A stretch of 64,000 nucleotides of DNA from Dehalococcoidia bacterium (GTDB taxonomy: Bacteria > Chloroflexota > Dehalococcoidia > DSTF01 > JACRBR01). The stretch is taken from assembly GCA_021731085.1 (NCBI GenBank), contig JAKFYB010000001.1, positions 101,266 to 165,265 on the forward strand, in the 5' to 3' direction. The position numbers and the translations under genes are program-made. Positions 47,761-57,272 of this stretch are shown here, piece by piece. The notes below the pieces were generated by a model. The model searched no databases. It was not told the DNA's origin and saw only the letters and a list, made by a program, of their open reading frames with translations. Numbering within the stretch: the stretch's first letter is position 1; each line of letters opens with the position of its first letter.

Positions 47761-48874
47761 CTATTCGAACCCGATTCCCAGCTCCTCTACGGCCTCGGCG
47801 GTCCCTGCAATCAGTCCGTCGATATCCTCCGGGAATACATGGCCGATCGTGCCCACGCGGAACGTCTCCGCCTGCGAAATCTTTCCCGGATACAACACGA
47901 ATCGACGCTTCTTCATCGCGGTGTAGAACGCATCGAACGAGAACGCAGCGTTCGGATACAGGAATGACGTGATGATGGGCGACCGCAAATCCGCCGGCAG
48001 CAGCGTGCGAAACCCGATGCACTCGTACCCGGCGACCAGTCTGCGCGCGTTCTCGGTGTACCGCTCGTGCCGACGTTCAAGGCCGCCTTCGCCGTGCAAT
48101 TCCTGCAGCGCCTGCGCGAACGCCCGCACGATGTGGGTCGGCGACGTGTAGCGCCACTTCCCGCCCTTGTCCTCCATCTCCCGCCACTGGTCGTACAGAT
48201 CGAGACTCAGCGAGCGCGCTTGCCCGCCCGTCGCTTCCATCGCCGCCCGCCGCGCGATGACGAATGCGAATCCCGGCACGCCCTGGATGCACTTGTTCGC
48301 CGATGAGATCAGCCAATCAGCACCCATACCATCCATCGACATCGGTACGCCACCGAACGACGACATCGCATCCAGGGATGAAGCTCTTGTTGTACGTCCG
48401 CGCGATCTCGCCCGCCTCGGCCGCCGGGTTCAACATGCCCGTCGTCGTTTCGCAGTGCACCATCGCGACGTGTGTGATCGCGCGATCCACCTCAAGCGTC
48501 GCGACCATCTTGCGCAGATCCGTCGGCTCGGTCTCGGGCTGTGCGATCTCGGTGTGCGCGATGCCGAGGCGCGCAGCCATCTGCACCATGCGCGCGCCGT
48601 ACGCTCCGTTGTTCATGATCAGCAGATTGCCGTCGCGCGGAACACCCGTCCCCAGCGTCGCCTCGACAGCGAAACTGCCGCTGCCCTGCATCAGCACTGT
48701 GGTCAAATCCCGGCCGCCGCCTGCCAGCCGAACCAGTTCCGCGCGAATCTCCTGCACGATCGAGTGGTAGTCGTCGTCCCACGTGCAGAAGTCCTGCATC
48801 ATCACGGCTTTGACTGTCCGCGAAGTGGACAGCGGCCCCGGCGTCAGCAGCAGGTAAGGGATGTCATCGTCCAT
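47761..48874 (-). pseudogene. phnW: 2-aminoethylphosphonate:pyruvate aminotransferase (class V), interrupted by a +1 frameshift
   Basis: Two overlapping ORFs (48317-48874 and 47761-48366). The N-terminal half reads LLTPGPL..., the C-terminal half carries the PLP-lysine motif SSANKCIQG. Removing one C from the CCC run at ~48375-48377 (minus-strand sense) restores NKSFILDAMSSFGG. Confidence 0.6.
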
Positions 48875-48943
48875 GTTGAGAAGGTTACTGGTGACCGGTT
48901 ACAGGTGACAGCGCGCGGAGGGCAAAGGTGCATGGAGAATCTG

Positions 48944-49011
48944 ACCGACGACCGACGACCGACGACCGACGACCGACGACCGACGACCGACGACCGACGA
49001 CCGACGACCGA
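48944..49011. repeat. Heptanucleotide tandem repeat (GACCGAC), about 9.7 copies, between phnX and phnW
   Basis: Directly visible as gaccgacgaccgac... spanning ~68 nt in the intergenic spacer. Confidence 0.8.
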
Positions 49012-49012
49012 C

Positions 49013-49834
49013 CTACGGCCTCTCGCCGGACGAGATCCGCGCGTCGACCTCCTCGACGAGCCGCGGCACGTCGCGGATCGAATCGACGACGTCGTGTGCA
49101 CCCGCATCGAGCAGCTTGTCGCGGATCACGTCGAGCCTTCGCGATCGTTCCGCCGGGGGCATCGCCGTCAGATCCGCCGCCGACAGACCCATCTCGTTGC
49201 CCGTGGTAACGACGCCCGCGCTCCAGCAGCCCGCGCTCAGCCCTTCGCCGATGTCCGGCACGGTATCGCCAACCTTCAGCACGGCCTCCGCCGGATAGAC
49301 GCCGAGCGCCTCCATGTTGCGGTACATCATCCACGGAGCCGGGCGCGCCTGCGGGACGTCCGATGCGCACACCGCAAAGTCCGGCTTGTAGCCCTGCTTC
49401 TCGGCCGCCGCGTAACACGCCAACGCCGCCTCTTTGAAGTAGCCTGTGCTCGCGCCGACCTTGATGCCCCGCGCTCGCAGCTCCTCCGCGACGTTCGTGA
49501 TGCCCGCGATCAATCCGCTGTGCTTGGCGACACTCTCGACGGCCAGCGGGATCATGTCGAGGTAGATGCGCTCGATGTCCGACTTGGTAACAGGATTCGG
49601 GTGCGCGTCGAGCCACTGCCGCTCAGCGTCGGGCGCGGCCAGCAACGCCCGCAGATGGTCCTTCTTGTCGAGCCCCATCGGGCCGCGCGCGTCCGCATCG
49701 CTGATCGCGACACCCGCCCGCCGCAGCGCCTCAACGAACGGCGCCACCGGCGCGAAGCACCCGTGATCCACCGTCGTCCCAGCCCAGTCGAACACCACCA
49801 GTCGTATGCGCTCCGCCATCCAGACAGTATTCAC
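49013..49834 (-). CDS. phnX: Phosphonoacetaldehyde hydrolase (phosphonatase), HAD family
   Basis: HAD motif I in VVFDWAGTTVD, then the HAD core, directly upstream of phnW. Confidence 0.8.
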   Translation of the reverse strand: MNTVWMAERIRLVVFDWAGTTVDHGCFAPVAPFVEALRRAGVAISDADARGPMGLDKKDHLRALLAAPDAERQWLDAHPNPVTKSDIERIYLDMIPLAVESVAKHSGLIAGITNVAEELRARGIKVGASTGYFKEAALACYAAAEKQGYKPDFAVCASDVPQARPAPWMMYRNMEALGVYPAEAVLKVGDTVPDIGEGLSAGCWSAGVVTTGNEMGLSAADLTAMPPAERSRRLDVIRDKLLDAGAHDVVDSIRDVPRLVEEVDARISSGERP

Positions 49835-50006
49835 GGATCCGCCGCTGGCGGTAGCTCCGAGGTCCTCAAGCGACGTTGATAACCCCTAAGTGGCGTAGGG
49901 GCCGACCTGTGTGTCGGCCCGCATGCGACGGTGCTACGTCCCGTACCGGAACGTCGGTTGGCGTGCAGCGCAAGCCCCTGGCGGCCGATATCTAAGGGGT
50001 ACACCT

Positions 50007-51263
50007 ATGCGAACATGGCTGATCCTCGCTGGCCTTGCCGTATTCGGCGCATACATGAGTGCGTCCATCTTCGGATGGTGGGCACAGCCGATCGCCGCTT
50101 TCTTCGGCCGCCGCGAGTTCTGGTGGGATGCGGAAGACTTCGCCGTGTTTTACGCGGCAGGCACCCTCGTGGCGCGCGGCGACTTCGGCGACCTTTACAA
50201 CGCCAACGCCCACGCGGGGATCCAGATGCCGTTGCTCGTCGGCCATGACGAGCCGCTCGGTTTCTACAACCCTGCCTTCTTCGCGCTGCTGTTCGTCCCG
50301 TTCTCGTGGCTCCCGGCCGAAGATGCATATCGCGCATGGACCGGCGTGAACGTGCTCCTGATAGCCGTCGTCTGTGCGCTGCTCTGGCGCATCGCGGCCC
50401 CGCTCGACACGGTGTGGCGCGTCGTGCTCATCGTCGCGTTTCTCACGATGTACCCGCTGCCGTTCGGACTGCGCCTCGGACAGTTCTCACTCATCCTCGC
50501 AGCGTCGTGGGCGGGCGCCTACGTGCTCCTCCGCGAGGGCCGCGATCGAGCAGCCGGCTTCGCGCTGGCCCCGATGCTCATCAAGCCAGAGTTGCTCATT
50601 CCCATCACGATCTTCCTCGCCTGGAAGCGTCAATGGGACGTCCTTCGCACGCTCCTGCCAGTCGCCGCCGCGGCTGTCGTGATCTCCGTCGCGATGATCG
50701 GGCCCGTGGGCGTCTGGGACTACACCCTGCACATCGCTGATGCTGCGGGAGAGGGCGCCGGCAACATGTATGGCTGGAACGGCTTCCTCGCGCCGCTCTT
50801 CGCGCCCGGTGATCCGGGAAGCATGACGCCGTACGCGCTGCCGCTCGCGCTCATCACGTTCTCGGGTACGGCATTCCTCTGGCGCGGAGCCGTTTCCGCC
50901 ACGAGCAGCGCATTCCCGGTGCAGTGGCTCGCACTCACGCTCGCGACCGCGCTCTGGGACGCGCACATCTACATGCAGGACCTGATCATCATCGCCCCGG
51001 CCGCTGTGGCAGTCGTTGCGACTGCAACTGAGTGGCGGCGAACCCTCGCGGGCGCGGCGATTTTCGTTGGCTGGTTCATTATCGGCTATGGCAGCACACC
51101 GAGCGCGCAGTGGGGATTCAACCTCTTCACCGCGTACCTCGCCGCATGCCTCACGGCCATCGTCGCCTGGGAAGTGGGCGCCGCCATCCGCGCACGCACG
51201 CCGTCCGCTACGAACATCGACGCGGTTCCACCGTCGATCGCCCTCGAACGGAGGGCCGCCTGA
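50007..51263 (+). CDS. Polytopic membrane glycosyltransferase-like protein (DUF2029/GT87-like)
   Basis: About 11 TM helices and an MLIKPELLIP motif reminiscent of GT87. Start moved to MRTWLILAGL, which has an AAGGGG RBS. Confidence 0.5.
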   Translation: MRTWLILAGLAVFGAYMSASIFGWWAQPIAAFFGRREFWWDAEDFAVFYAAGTLVARGDFGDLYNANAHAGIQMPLLVGHDEPLGFYNPAFFALLFVPFSWLPAEDAYRAWTGVNVLLIAVVCALLWRIAAPLDTVWRVVLIVAFLTMYPLPFGLRLGQFSLILAASWAGAYVLLREGRDRAAGFALAPMLIKPELLIPITIFLAWKRQWDVLRTLLPVAAAAVVISVAMIGPVGVWDYTLHIADAAGEGAGNMYGWNGFLAPLFAPGDPGSMTPYALPLALITFSGTAFLWRGAVSATSSAFPVQWLALTLATALWDAHIYMQDLIIIAPAAVAVVATATEWRRTLAGAAIFVGWFIIGYGSTPSAQWGFNLFTAYLAACLTAIVAWEVGAAIRARTPSATNIDAVPPSIALERRAA

Positions 51264-52141
51264 TGCGCCTCCTCCGCAACGAAGCGCTGATGCCGCTCTT
51301 CGCCCCGCTCCAGCGGGCCCACTCCCGCCTGACATCTAAGGACTGGGATTGGAAATTCTGGGCCAAGCGGTTCGCGCTCCTGATCCCGGCCTTCTTCCTA
51401 TTCGCCTTCGCCAACCTGATTCACGCAACACTGCGGGGCTTCGCGATCGACGTTGCACCGTTCGCGCCCGTCAATGCCGCACAGTGGGATATCGCCGTCT
51501 TCCGCAGCGTTCCTTCGATGTGGATGCAAGACGTTCTTGGCACGACCGGTTTCTGGGCGGAGTTAGCGTTCTTCTACTGGTCCAGCCTTTTCTGGCTGCC
51601 CACGCTCCTCGTCGCGCTCGTCGTCGTCGCACGAGGGCGCTGGTACTTCACGCGGCTCATCCTGCTCCAGATCGCCGTCGTCCTCTCAGCCGATGTCATC
51701 TACGCCATCGTGCCGACCCGCCCGCCATGGATGGATGTCGATGTCGTGCGCATCATCGCCATAAACAGCGACAACGGAGTGCACATCGACCGCAACCAGT
51801 ACGCCGCGCTTCCCAGCTTGCACGTCGCCGTTCCGCTCGCCTTCGCCCTTTGGTTTCATGCCTTCGAGAAGTCGGAGCCGTTGCGAAAGCTGAGTCCGCT
51901 GCTGTTTGCGTGGGCGCTCGGTATGGGATGGTCTGTGATCTACACCGGCGAGCACTACGTCGTCGACGTCGTCACCGGCTACATCTGGGCGGGCCTCATC
52001 TTCTTCGCCCTCAATCGCCTCGGCGTACTTCACGCTCGCCGTGCCGTTCAAGAAGCCGAGGCTGAGCCGGCGCCCCTACCTCTGCATCCTCCCGCACTGG
52101 AGATCCCGCTTCCCGCACCAGCGAGCGAACAGGCGGCATAG
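51263..52141 (+). CDS. PAP2-superfamily membrane phosphatase/phosphotransferase
   Basis: PAP2 motifs VPTRPPW, ALPSLHVA and YTGEHYVVDVVTG. TGATG overlap with the upstream gene. Confidence 0.65.
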   Translation: MRLLRNEALMPLFAPLQRAHSRLTSKDWDWKFWAKRFALLIPAFFLFAFANLIHATLRGFAIDVAPFAPVNAAQWDIAVFRSVPSMWMQDVLGTTGFWAELAFFYWSSLFWLPTLLVALVVVARGRWYFTRLILLQIAVVLSADVIYAIVPTRPPWMDVDVVRIIAINSDNGVHIDRNQYAALPSLHVAVPLAFALWFHAFEKSEPLRKLSPLLFAWALGMGWSVIYTGEHYVVDVVTGYIWAGLIFFALNRLGVLHARRAVQEAEAEPAPLPLHPPALEIPLPAPASEQAA

Positions 52142-52153
52142 CCATGGGTTGGC

Positions 52154-53095
52154 CTAGATGCGATCCGTATTCCACCACCGCACCGGCTCCGACCGCAGCG
52201 GTTTGCCGCGCACATCCAGCGCCTGAACCATCATCGGATGCTCGACATCCATCGTCTCGACCGTCGACGCCAGCGATCGCAGCGCTGCCGCCAGCGGGTG
52301 CGCATCCGGCGCGAGGGCGATGATGCGCTCGCCGTGCGCGACAGCCCGCTGACCAACGGCCGCGAGCAGTGCGGCGATCGCACCTTCCTGACCCGGACTG
52401 CACTCCGCCTCCAGCACCGCATGCCCATACGACCGGCACCGCGACCGGATATAGCCAGAGACGACACCATCGCGCACGGCGACGAGGCATCCGCCGTCAT
52501 CCTCATCGAGCCACGCCTGCGGGTCGCGCCACGTCCGCGCAGTACGCACGATCGCGCCCGTCGAACCAGCGATCGCCCGACGATATAGGGCCACCACTCC
52601 CGGCACGTCAGCGTCGGACATCGGCCGAACATCCCACGAACCCGCGTCCGCGAGACCAGCGACCTCCCGTGCGTCAGCCGTGAACGACGGCTCTCGCACA
52701 ATCTGATACCCAACCCGCTCGTAGAAGCCGGGGATGCCGGTGAACAGAAACGACGCCGCCATTCCCGAACGGTGCATCTCCGCGATCGCGTCCTCCAGCA
52801 GCGCCGTCGCGATGCCATGCGACCGCGCATCCGGATGCGTCGCCACCGACCCGATGCCACCGACAAGGACCGGCGTGCCGGCGATCAGCATCGTCCGCGC
52901 GAAGATCCGCACATACCCGACGACGCGCCCATCGACCACCGCCACCCGTCCGTGTCGTAACCGGAACGTAGAGTCATGCTCCGTCTGCGCCGCGAACCTC
53001 ACCGGCGATCCTTCCTTGGTGGCAAAGACAAGGTTCAGGAGCTCATAGACCTGCGTAAGCTCAGCACGCCGAACGGCTCGAATCTTGGGTTCCAT
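52154..53095 (-). CDS. GNAT-family N-acetyltransferase (two-domain)
   Basis: Two GNAT-like halves, each with acetyl-CoA-binding-like segments. Confidence 0.6.
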   Translation of the reverse strand: MEPKIRAVRRAELTQVYELLNLVFATKEGSPVRFAAQTEHDSTFRLRHGRVAVVDGRVVGYVRIFARTMLIAGTPVLVGGIGSVATHPDARSHGIATALLEDAIAEMHRSGMAASFLFTGIPGFYERVGYQIVREPSFTADAREVAGLADAGSWDVRPMSDADVPGVVALYRRAIAGSTGAIVRTARTWRDPQAWLDEDDGGCLVAVRDGVVSGYIRSRCRSYGHAVLEAECSPGQEGAIAALLAAVGQRAVAHGERIIALAPDAHPLAAALRSLASTVETMDVEHPMMVQALDVRGKPLRSEPVRWWNTDRI

Positions 53096-53160
53096 GCGGG
53101 AATCGTACCGACTGCGCCTGATAGGTCTTCGCCTGGGTCACTGCGCTAAGCTTAGGCACA

Positions 53161-53634
53161 ATGCGTAGAGTGCCGAGCCACGTCACGCTAGCCCGCTGCA
53201 GCGCCAGCGCCGTTGAGCTAGTCGCACTGATTTGCACCGGCGTCTTGCTTCTGTCGCACTCTGACTCAACATCCAGGTACGCCACGGGACTCACAGTCTG
53301 CGCCGCCATGACGGGGGCGGGTTGGCTTCTCCTGCGGATGCCGTACGTTGGTGCGCCGATCTGGCTTGGTCGTGCATTTCTCGTCGTGCTTTCTCTGAGC
53401 GCCTGGAGTTGGGTCCATGAGCGCACGAGCGCAAATCCATGTGCGCGCCAGTCGGACAGTGCCTGGGAAGACTGTGTCCAGCGGGGCGAGTACGCCGCCT
53501 ACTTCTTCGGAGGGGCAGCAGTGCTCGTACAGGTCTCGTCAACCCTCGGGGTGGTCGTGGTTCCCAATCCCGGATCCCGCCAGCCACCGAAATTGTTCAA
53601 GCCCACGGAAGGCTCGGAGGCAGGGCCTACCTGA
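53161..53634 (+). CDS. Hypothetical membrane protein
   Basis: Three or four hydrophobic helices and no recognisable motifs. Confidence 0.3.
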   Translation: MRRVPSHVTLARCSASAVELVALICTGVLLLSHSDSTSRYATGLTVCAAMTGAGWLLLRMPYVGAPIWLGRAFLVVLSLSAWSWVHERTSANPCARQSDSAWEDCVQRGEYAAYFFGGAAVLVQVSSTLGVVVVPNPGSRQPPKLFKPTEGSEAGPT

Positions 53635-53858
53635 CGCTCCTTGACTCCACCCCCGCACTGTACTTATGATCGTGGGTAGAACCGAATACGACCTGGCGGT
53701 CATACCTGCTGGCGGTACAAGCCAGTCGCCGGGCCTAGAGATTGCGAGAGCGATCCCAGGGCGCCGGCCTTTTTGTTCCCATATAGAACTCCTCCCCCCT
53801 CCACGACGTGGAGAGGGGGCCGGCCGAAGGGTCGCCTTTGGAGACGAGGTGAGGTGCA

Positions 53859-55085
53859 GTGACAGCTCCATCCGCGATACCAGCGACCACAGCCCCGATC
53901 GAAGAGATCGCCGAGCGCGCTTTGGGCGGCGAAAGCCTCACTGCGGCCGACGGCTACGCCCTCATACACGCCGACGCCACCGACCTCACGCGCATGATGG
54001 CCGCCGCCTCCGAACTGCGCGACCGCCATCATGGCCGCACGATCACGTACTCCCGCAAAGTCTTCATCCCGCTCACAAACCTCTGCCGCCAGAAGTGCGG
54101 CTACTGCACCTTTGCCCGCGGCCCCCGCGACGAGATGGCGCACACGATGTCGCCCGACGAGGTGCTCGCCGTTGCCCGAGCAGGCAAGCGGCAGGGCTGC
54201 AAGGAAGCGCTCTTCTCGCTCGGCGAGCGGCCGGAGGAGACGTACGACTTCGTCCGCGACGACCTCGCCCGCTTCGGCCACAAGACGACATCCTCGTACG
54301 TGCGAGAGATGGCAGAACTCGTTCTACGTGAGACCGGCCTCCAACCGCACATCAACCAGGGCCTCATGGAGCGCGACCAGATCGTGTCGCTGCGTGAAGT
54401 CAGCGCCTCGATGGGCATGATGCTCGAGGTCGTCTCGATGCGCCTGCACGAAAAGGGCGGCGCACACTGGAACTGCCCCGGCAAGATCCCCGAGGACCGT
54501 CTCCGCACGATGCGCATCGCCGGCGAGGAGAAGGTCGCCTGGACGACGGGCATTCTCATCGGCATCGGCGAAACGCGTGAAGAGCGCGTCGACTCGTTGC
54601 TCGCCATCCGCGACCTGCACGAGGAGTACGGCAACATCCAGGAGGTCATCGTCCAGAACTTCCGCGTGAAGGACGACATCGCCATGCGCCACAAGGACGA
54701 GCCGTCCGTGTTCGAGATGATGCGCACGATCGCGACCGCGCGCATGCTGCTCGGCGGGGAGATGAACATCCAGGCGCCACCGAACCTCACGCCCGACGCG
54801 CACGGCATGTACCTGCTCGCCGGCATCAACGACTGGGGCGGCATCTCGCCCGTCACGAAAGACCACATCAACCCCGAACGCCCGTGGCCGAACATCCTCG
54901 ACCTGCGCGAGACCTGCGCCGACGCTGGCTTCACCCTCCGCGAGCGCTTCGGCATCTACCCCGAGTACATGCGCGAAGACCCCGGCTACGAAGGCTTCGT
55001 CCCAACCCGCATCCGCGAAACAATCGAATCAATGACCGACAAAGAGGGCCTAGTAAGCAAAGAAGCAGAAGCATGGACCCTGTAG
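53859..55085 (+). CDS. cofG: FO synthase subunit 1 (7,8-didemethyl-8-hydroxy-5-deazariboflavin synthase), radical SAM
   Basis: CRQKCGYCTF radical-SAM cluster motif and CofG-like length, directly upstream of cofH. Confidence 0.85.
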   Translation: MTAPSAIPATTAPIEEIAERALGGESLTAADGYALIHADATDLTRMMAAASELRDRHHGRTITYSRKVFIPLTNLCRQKCGYCTFARGPRDEMAHTMSPDEVLAVARAGKRQGCKEALFSLGERPEETYDFVRDDLARFGHKTTSSYVREMAELVLRETGLQPHINQGLMERDQIVSLREVSASMGMMLEVVSMRLHEKGGAHWNCPGKIPEDRLRTMRIAGEEKVAWTTGILIGIGETREERVDSLLAIRDLHEEYGNIQEVIVQNFRVKDDIAMRHKDEPSVFEMMRTIATARMLLGGEMNIQAPPNLTPDAHGMYLLAGINDWGGISPVTKDHINPERPWPNILDLRETCADAGFTLRERFGIYPEYMREDPGYEGFVPTRIRETIESMTDKEGLVSKEAEAWTL

Positions 55086-55196
55086 GGCGGCCCTGCGTGG
55101 CCGCCCATCGCTGAGCAGAACGAGATAGTAGGGGCGGCCCTATGTGGGCGCCCATCGTGGACAACACAGAGCGCGATAGCGAAAGCAGACAGCCGA

Positions 55197-55224
55197 TGAC
55201 CGACGACCGACGACCAACGACCGA
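55197..55224. repeat. Heptanucleotide tandem repeat (GACCGAC x4, one variant) just 5' of the cofH start
   Basis: gaccgacgaccgacgaccaacgaccgac, the same unit as the phnX/phnW spacer repeat. Confidence 0.6.
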
Positions 55225-55237
55225 CTTCGCTCTGCCG

Positions 55238-56524
55238 ATGCGCGTCGACACCGCCGTCGCTCGCATCCTCGAACGCGCCCTCGAAGGCCACGACATCACC
55301 GTCGACGAAGCCGTCACGCTGTTCGAGACCAGCGGCCCGTCGCTTACGGCGACGATCCAAGTGGCCGACGAACTACGCCGCCGCACCGTCGGCGATGTCG
55401 TCACGTACGTCATCAACCGCAACATCAACTTCACCAACGTCTGCATCAAGCACTGCGGTTTCTGCGCCTTCTCTCGCGAATACCGGGAGGAGGCCGGCTA
55501 TTTCCTCCCGCCCGAGGAGGTCATCCGCCGCTCGCAGGAAGCGTGGGATCTCGGTGCGCGCGAGATCTGCGTGCAGGCGGGTCTGCCGCCCAAGATGGAC
55601 GGCAACTACTACATCGAGCTCACGCAGGCGATCAAGCGCGCCCTCCCCGACATGCACATCCACGGCTTCTCGCCCGAGGAAGTGCTGTACGGCGCCGTCC
55701 GATCACGCTGCACCATCCCGGAGTTCGTACAGCGACTCAAAGACGCCGGCGTCGGCAGCCTCCCCGGGACCTCCGCCGAGATTCTCGACCAGGAAGTGCG
55801 CGACGTCATCGCCCCCGGTCGCATCACGAAAGATCAGTGGATCGAGGTCATCACTTCAGCCCACAAGACCGGTATGCGCACGACGTCGACCATCATGTAC
55901 GGCCACGTCGAGACCGTCCGCCACCGCGCCGAACATATCGGCCTGCTGCGCGACATCCAGAAGGAGACCGGCGGCTTCACCGAGTTCGTGCCGCTGAGCT
56001 TCATCGCCGAAGAGGCGCCGATGTTCAAGAAGGGCCTCATCGAAGGACTGAAAGGCGGCGCGACCGGCGCCGAGGTTATCAAGATGTACGCCGTCTCACG
56101 CATCATGCTCAACAACTGGATCCCAAACATTCAGGCGTCGTGGGTGAAGGAAGGCCCGAAGCTCGCGCAGATGGCTCTCGACGCCGGCTGCAACGACTTC
56201 ATGGGCACCCTCATCAACGAAAGCATCAGCACGTCGGCCGGCGCCATCTTCGGCCAGCGCATGGCTCCGCGCGAAATGCGCGCCCTCATCCGCGAGATGG
56301 GCCGCATCCCCGCCGAGCGCAACACCCTCTACGGCATCAAGAAGCAGTTCGGCACGGTCGAAGACGAACACTTCGACCCCCTCGACCTCGTCGACGGAAG
56401 CGACGAACGCTTCGGCAGCTACGTCATGCTCACCCAAGACGACCGCTTCAAGTTCGAAGACAACTACCACCGGGCCGAACTCCCCGAGAAGCCAGCGCCC
56501 GAAAAAGTTGCGACTCAGCTCTAG
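55238..56524 (+). CDS. cofH: FO synthase subunit 2, radical SAM
   Basis: CIKHCGFCAF radical-SAM motif and CofH-like sequence throughout. Start chosen at MRVDTAV after the heptamer repeat; the ORF track begins at 55142. Confidence 0.85.
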   Translation: MRVDTAVARILERALEGHDITVDEAVTLFETSGPSLTATIQVADELRRRTVGDVVTYVINRNINFTNVCIKHCGFCAFSREYREEAGYFLPPEEVIRRSQEAWDLGAREICVQAGLPPKMDGNYYIELTQAIKRALPDMHIHGFSPEEVLYGAVRSRCTIPEFVQRLKDAGVGSLPGTSAEILDQEVRDVIAPGRITKDQWIEVITSAHKTGMRTTSTIMYGHVETVRHRAEHIGLLRDIQKETGGFTEFVPLSFIAEEAPMFKKGLIEGLKGGATGAEVIKMYAVSRIMLNNWIPNIQASWVKEGPKLAQMALDAGCNDFMGTLINESISTSAGAIFGQRMAPREMRALIREMGRIPAERNTLYGIKKQFGTVEDEHFDPLDLVDGSDERFGSYVMLTQDDRFKFEDNYHRAELPEKPAPEKVATQL

Positions 56525-56549
56525 CTCCTCGTCAGCTGCCGCGGACCCG

Positions 56550-56577
56550 GAGCGCGGGCTTTCAGCCCGCGTCGCCG
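56550..56577. repeat. REP-like GC hairpin (GAGCGCGGGCTTTCAGCCCGCGTCGCCG)
   Basis: ~27 bp after the cofH stop. Confidence 0.65.
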
Positions 56578-56720
56578 AGCATGACCAGAGCCACATGCGC
56601 CAGGCGCGATCAAAGTCCGCGTTGGGGGCGCCGCTTGCCGCGCCCTCGTCGGGAGCGAAGGGGGCTCGTGCAACAAGCGCGTGAGGTCATGAGTAACGAC
56701 ATGCCGAGTTCACTCGCTGC

Positions 56721-56936
56721 TTAGACCTTCGTAACCCCATCCAATAGCCGCGCCGACGCCGCCGTTATCTCATCAACCGCAGCCTCAAAGGCCGCAGCCT
56801 TCTTTGGCGACGGCTGCCGGTAGCCCGAGATCTTCCGCACGTACTGCAGCGCCGCCTCCCGGATCGCCTCGTCCGAAGCGATCTCATCCCGCTCCCGCAA
56901 CCGCTTGATACTCCGACACATAGCAACCCCGCGCAT
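56721..56936 (-). CDS. Hypothetical small protein
   Basis: 71-aa ORF; weak evidence. Confidence 0.3.
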   Translation of the reverse strand: MRGVAMCRSIKRLRERDEIASDEAIREAALQYVRKISGYRQPSPKKAAAFEAAVDEITAASARLLDGVTKV

Positions 56937-57272
56937 GAACCCCGTCCGTCCGATAGGCCAACCCTATCACACCAAAGCTCCCCCTCTCCACGTCGTTGAG
57001 AGGGGGCCGGGGGTTGAGGTGCTCGAACCGTCACCGGCCTTCCGAGGTGTGCCAGCGCTCGCTTGGAGCCCTTGCCCGCAATCGTCGAAAATCGCCGGGC
57101 GGATCGCACGTCTATCTGTCGTCCTATGGCAGCCAACGCCCCGTACTCAACGCAGAAAGTGCGAAACGAGATGGAACCGTTGTCGAAGCCGCAAGAACCA
57201 GCGTCCGAAGCTAACAGCCGCAAGGAGCCAGATTCAACGGAGATGCTGAAACACCAAAACTGGCAAACGAAC

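Noticed and set aside
48944-49011. CRISPR array
   Set aside because: The 7-nt units are contiguous with no spacers. They are simple tandem repeats, not CRISPR repeats.
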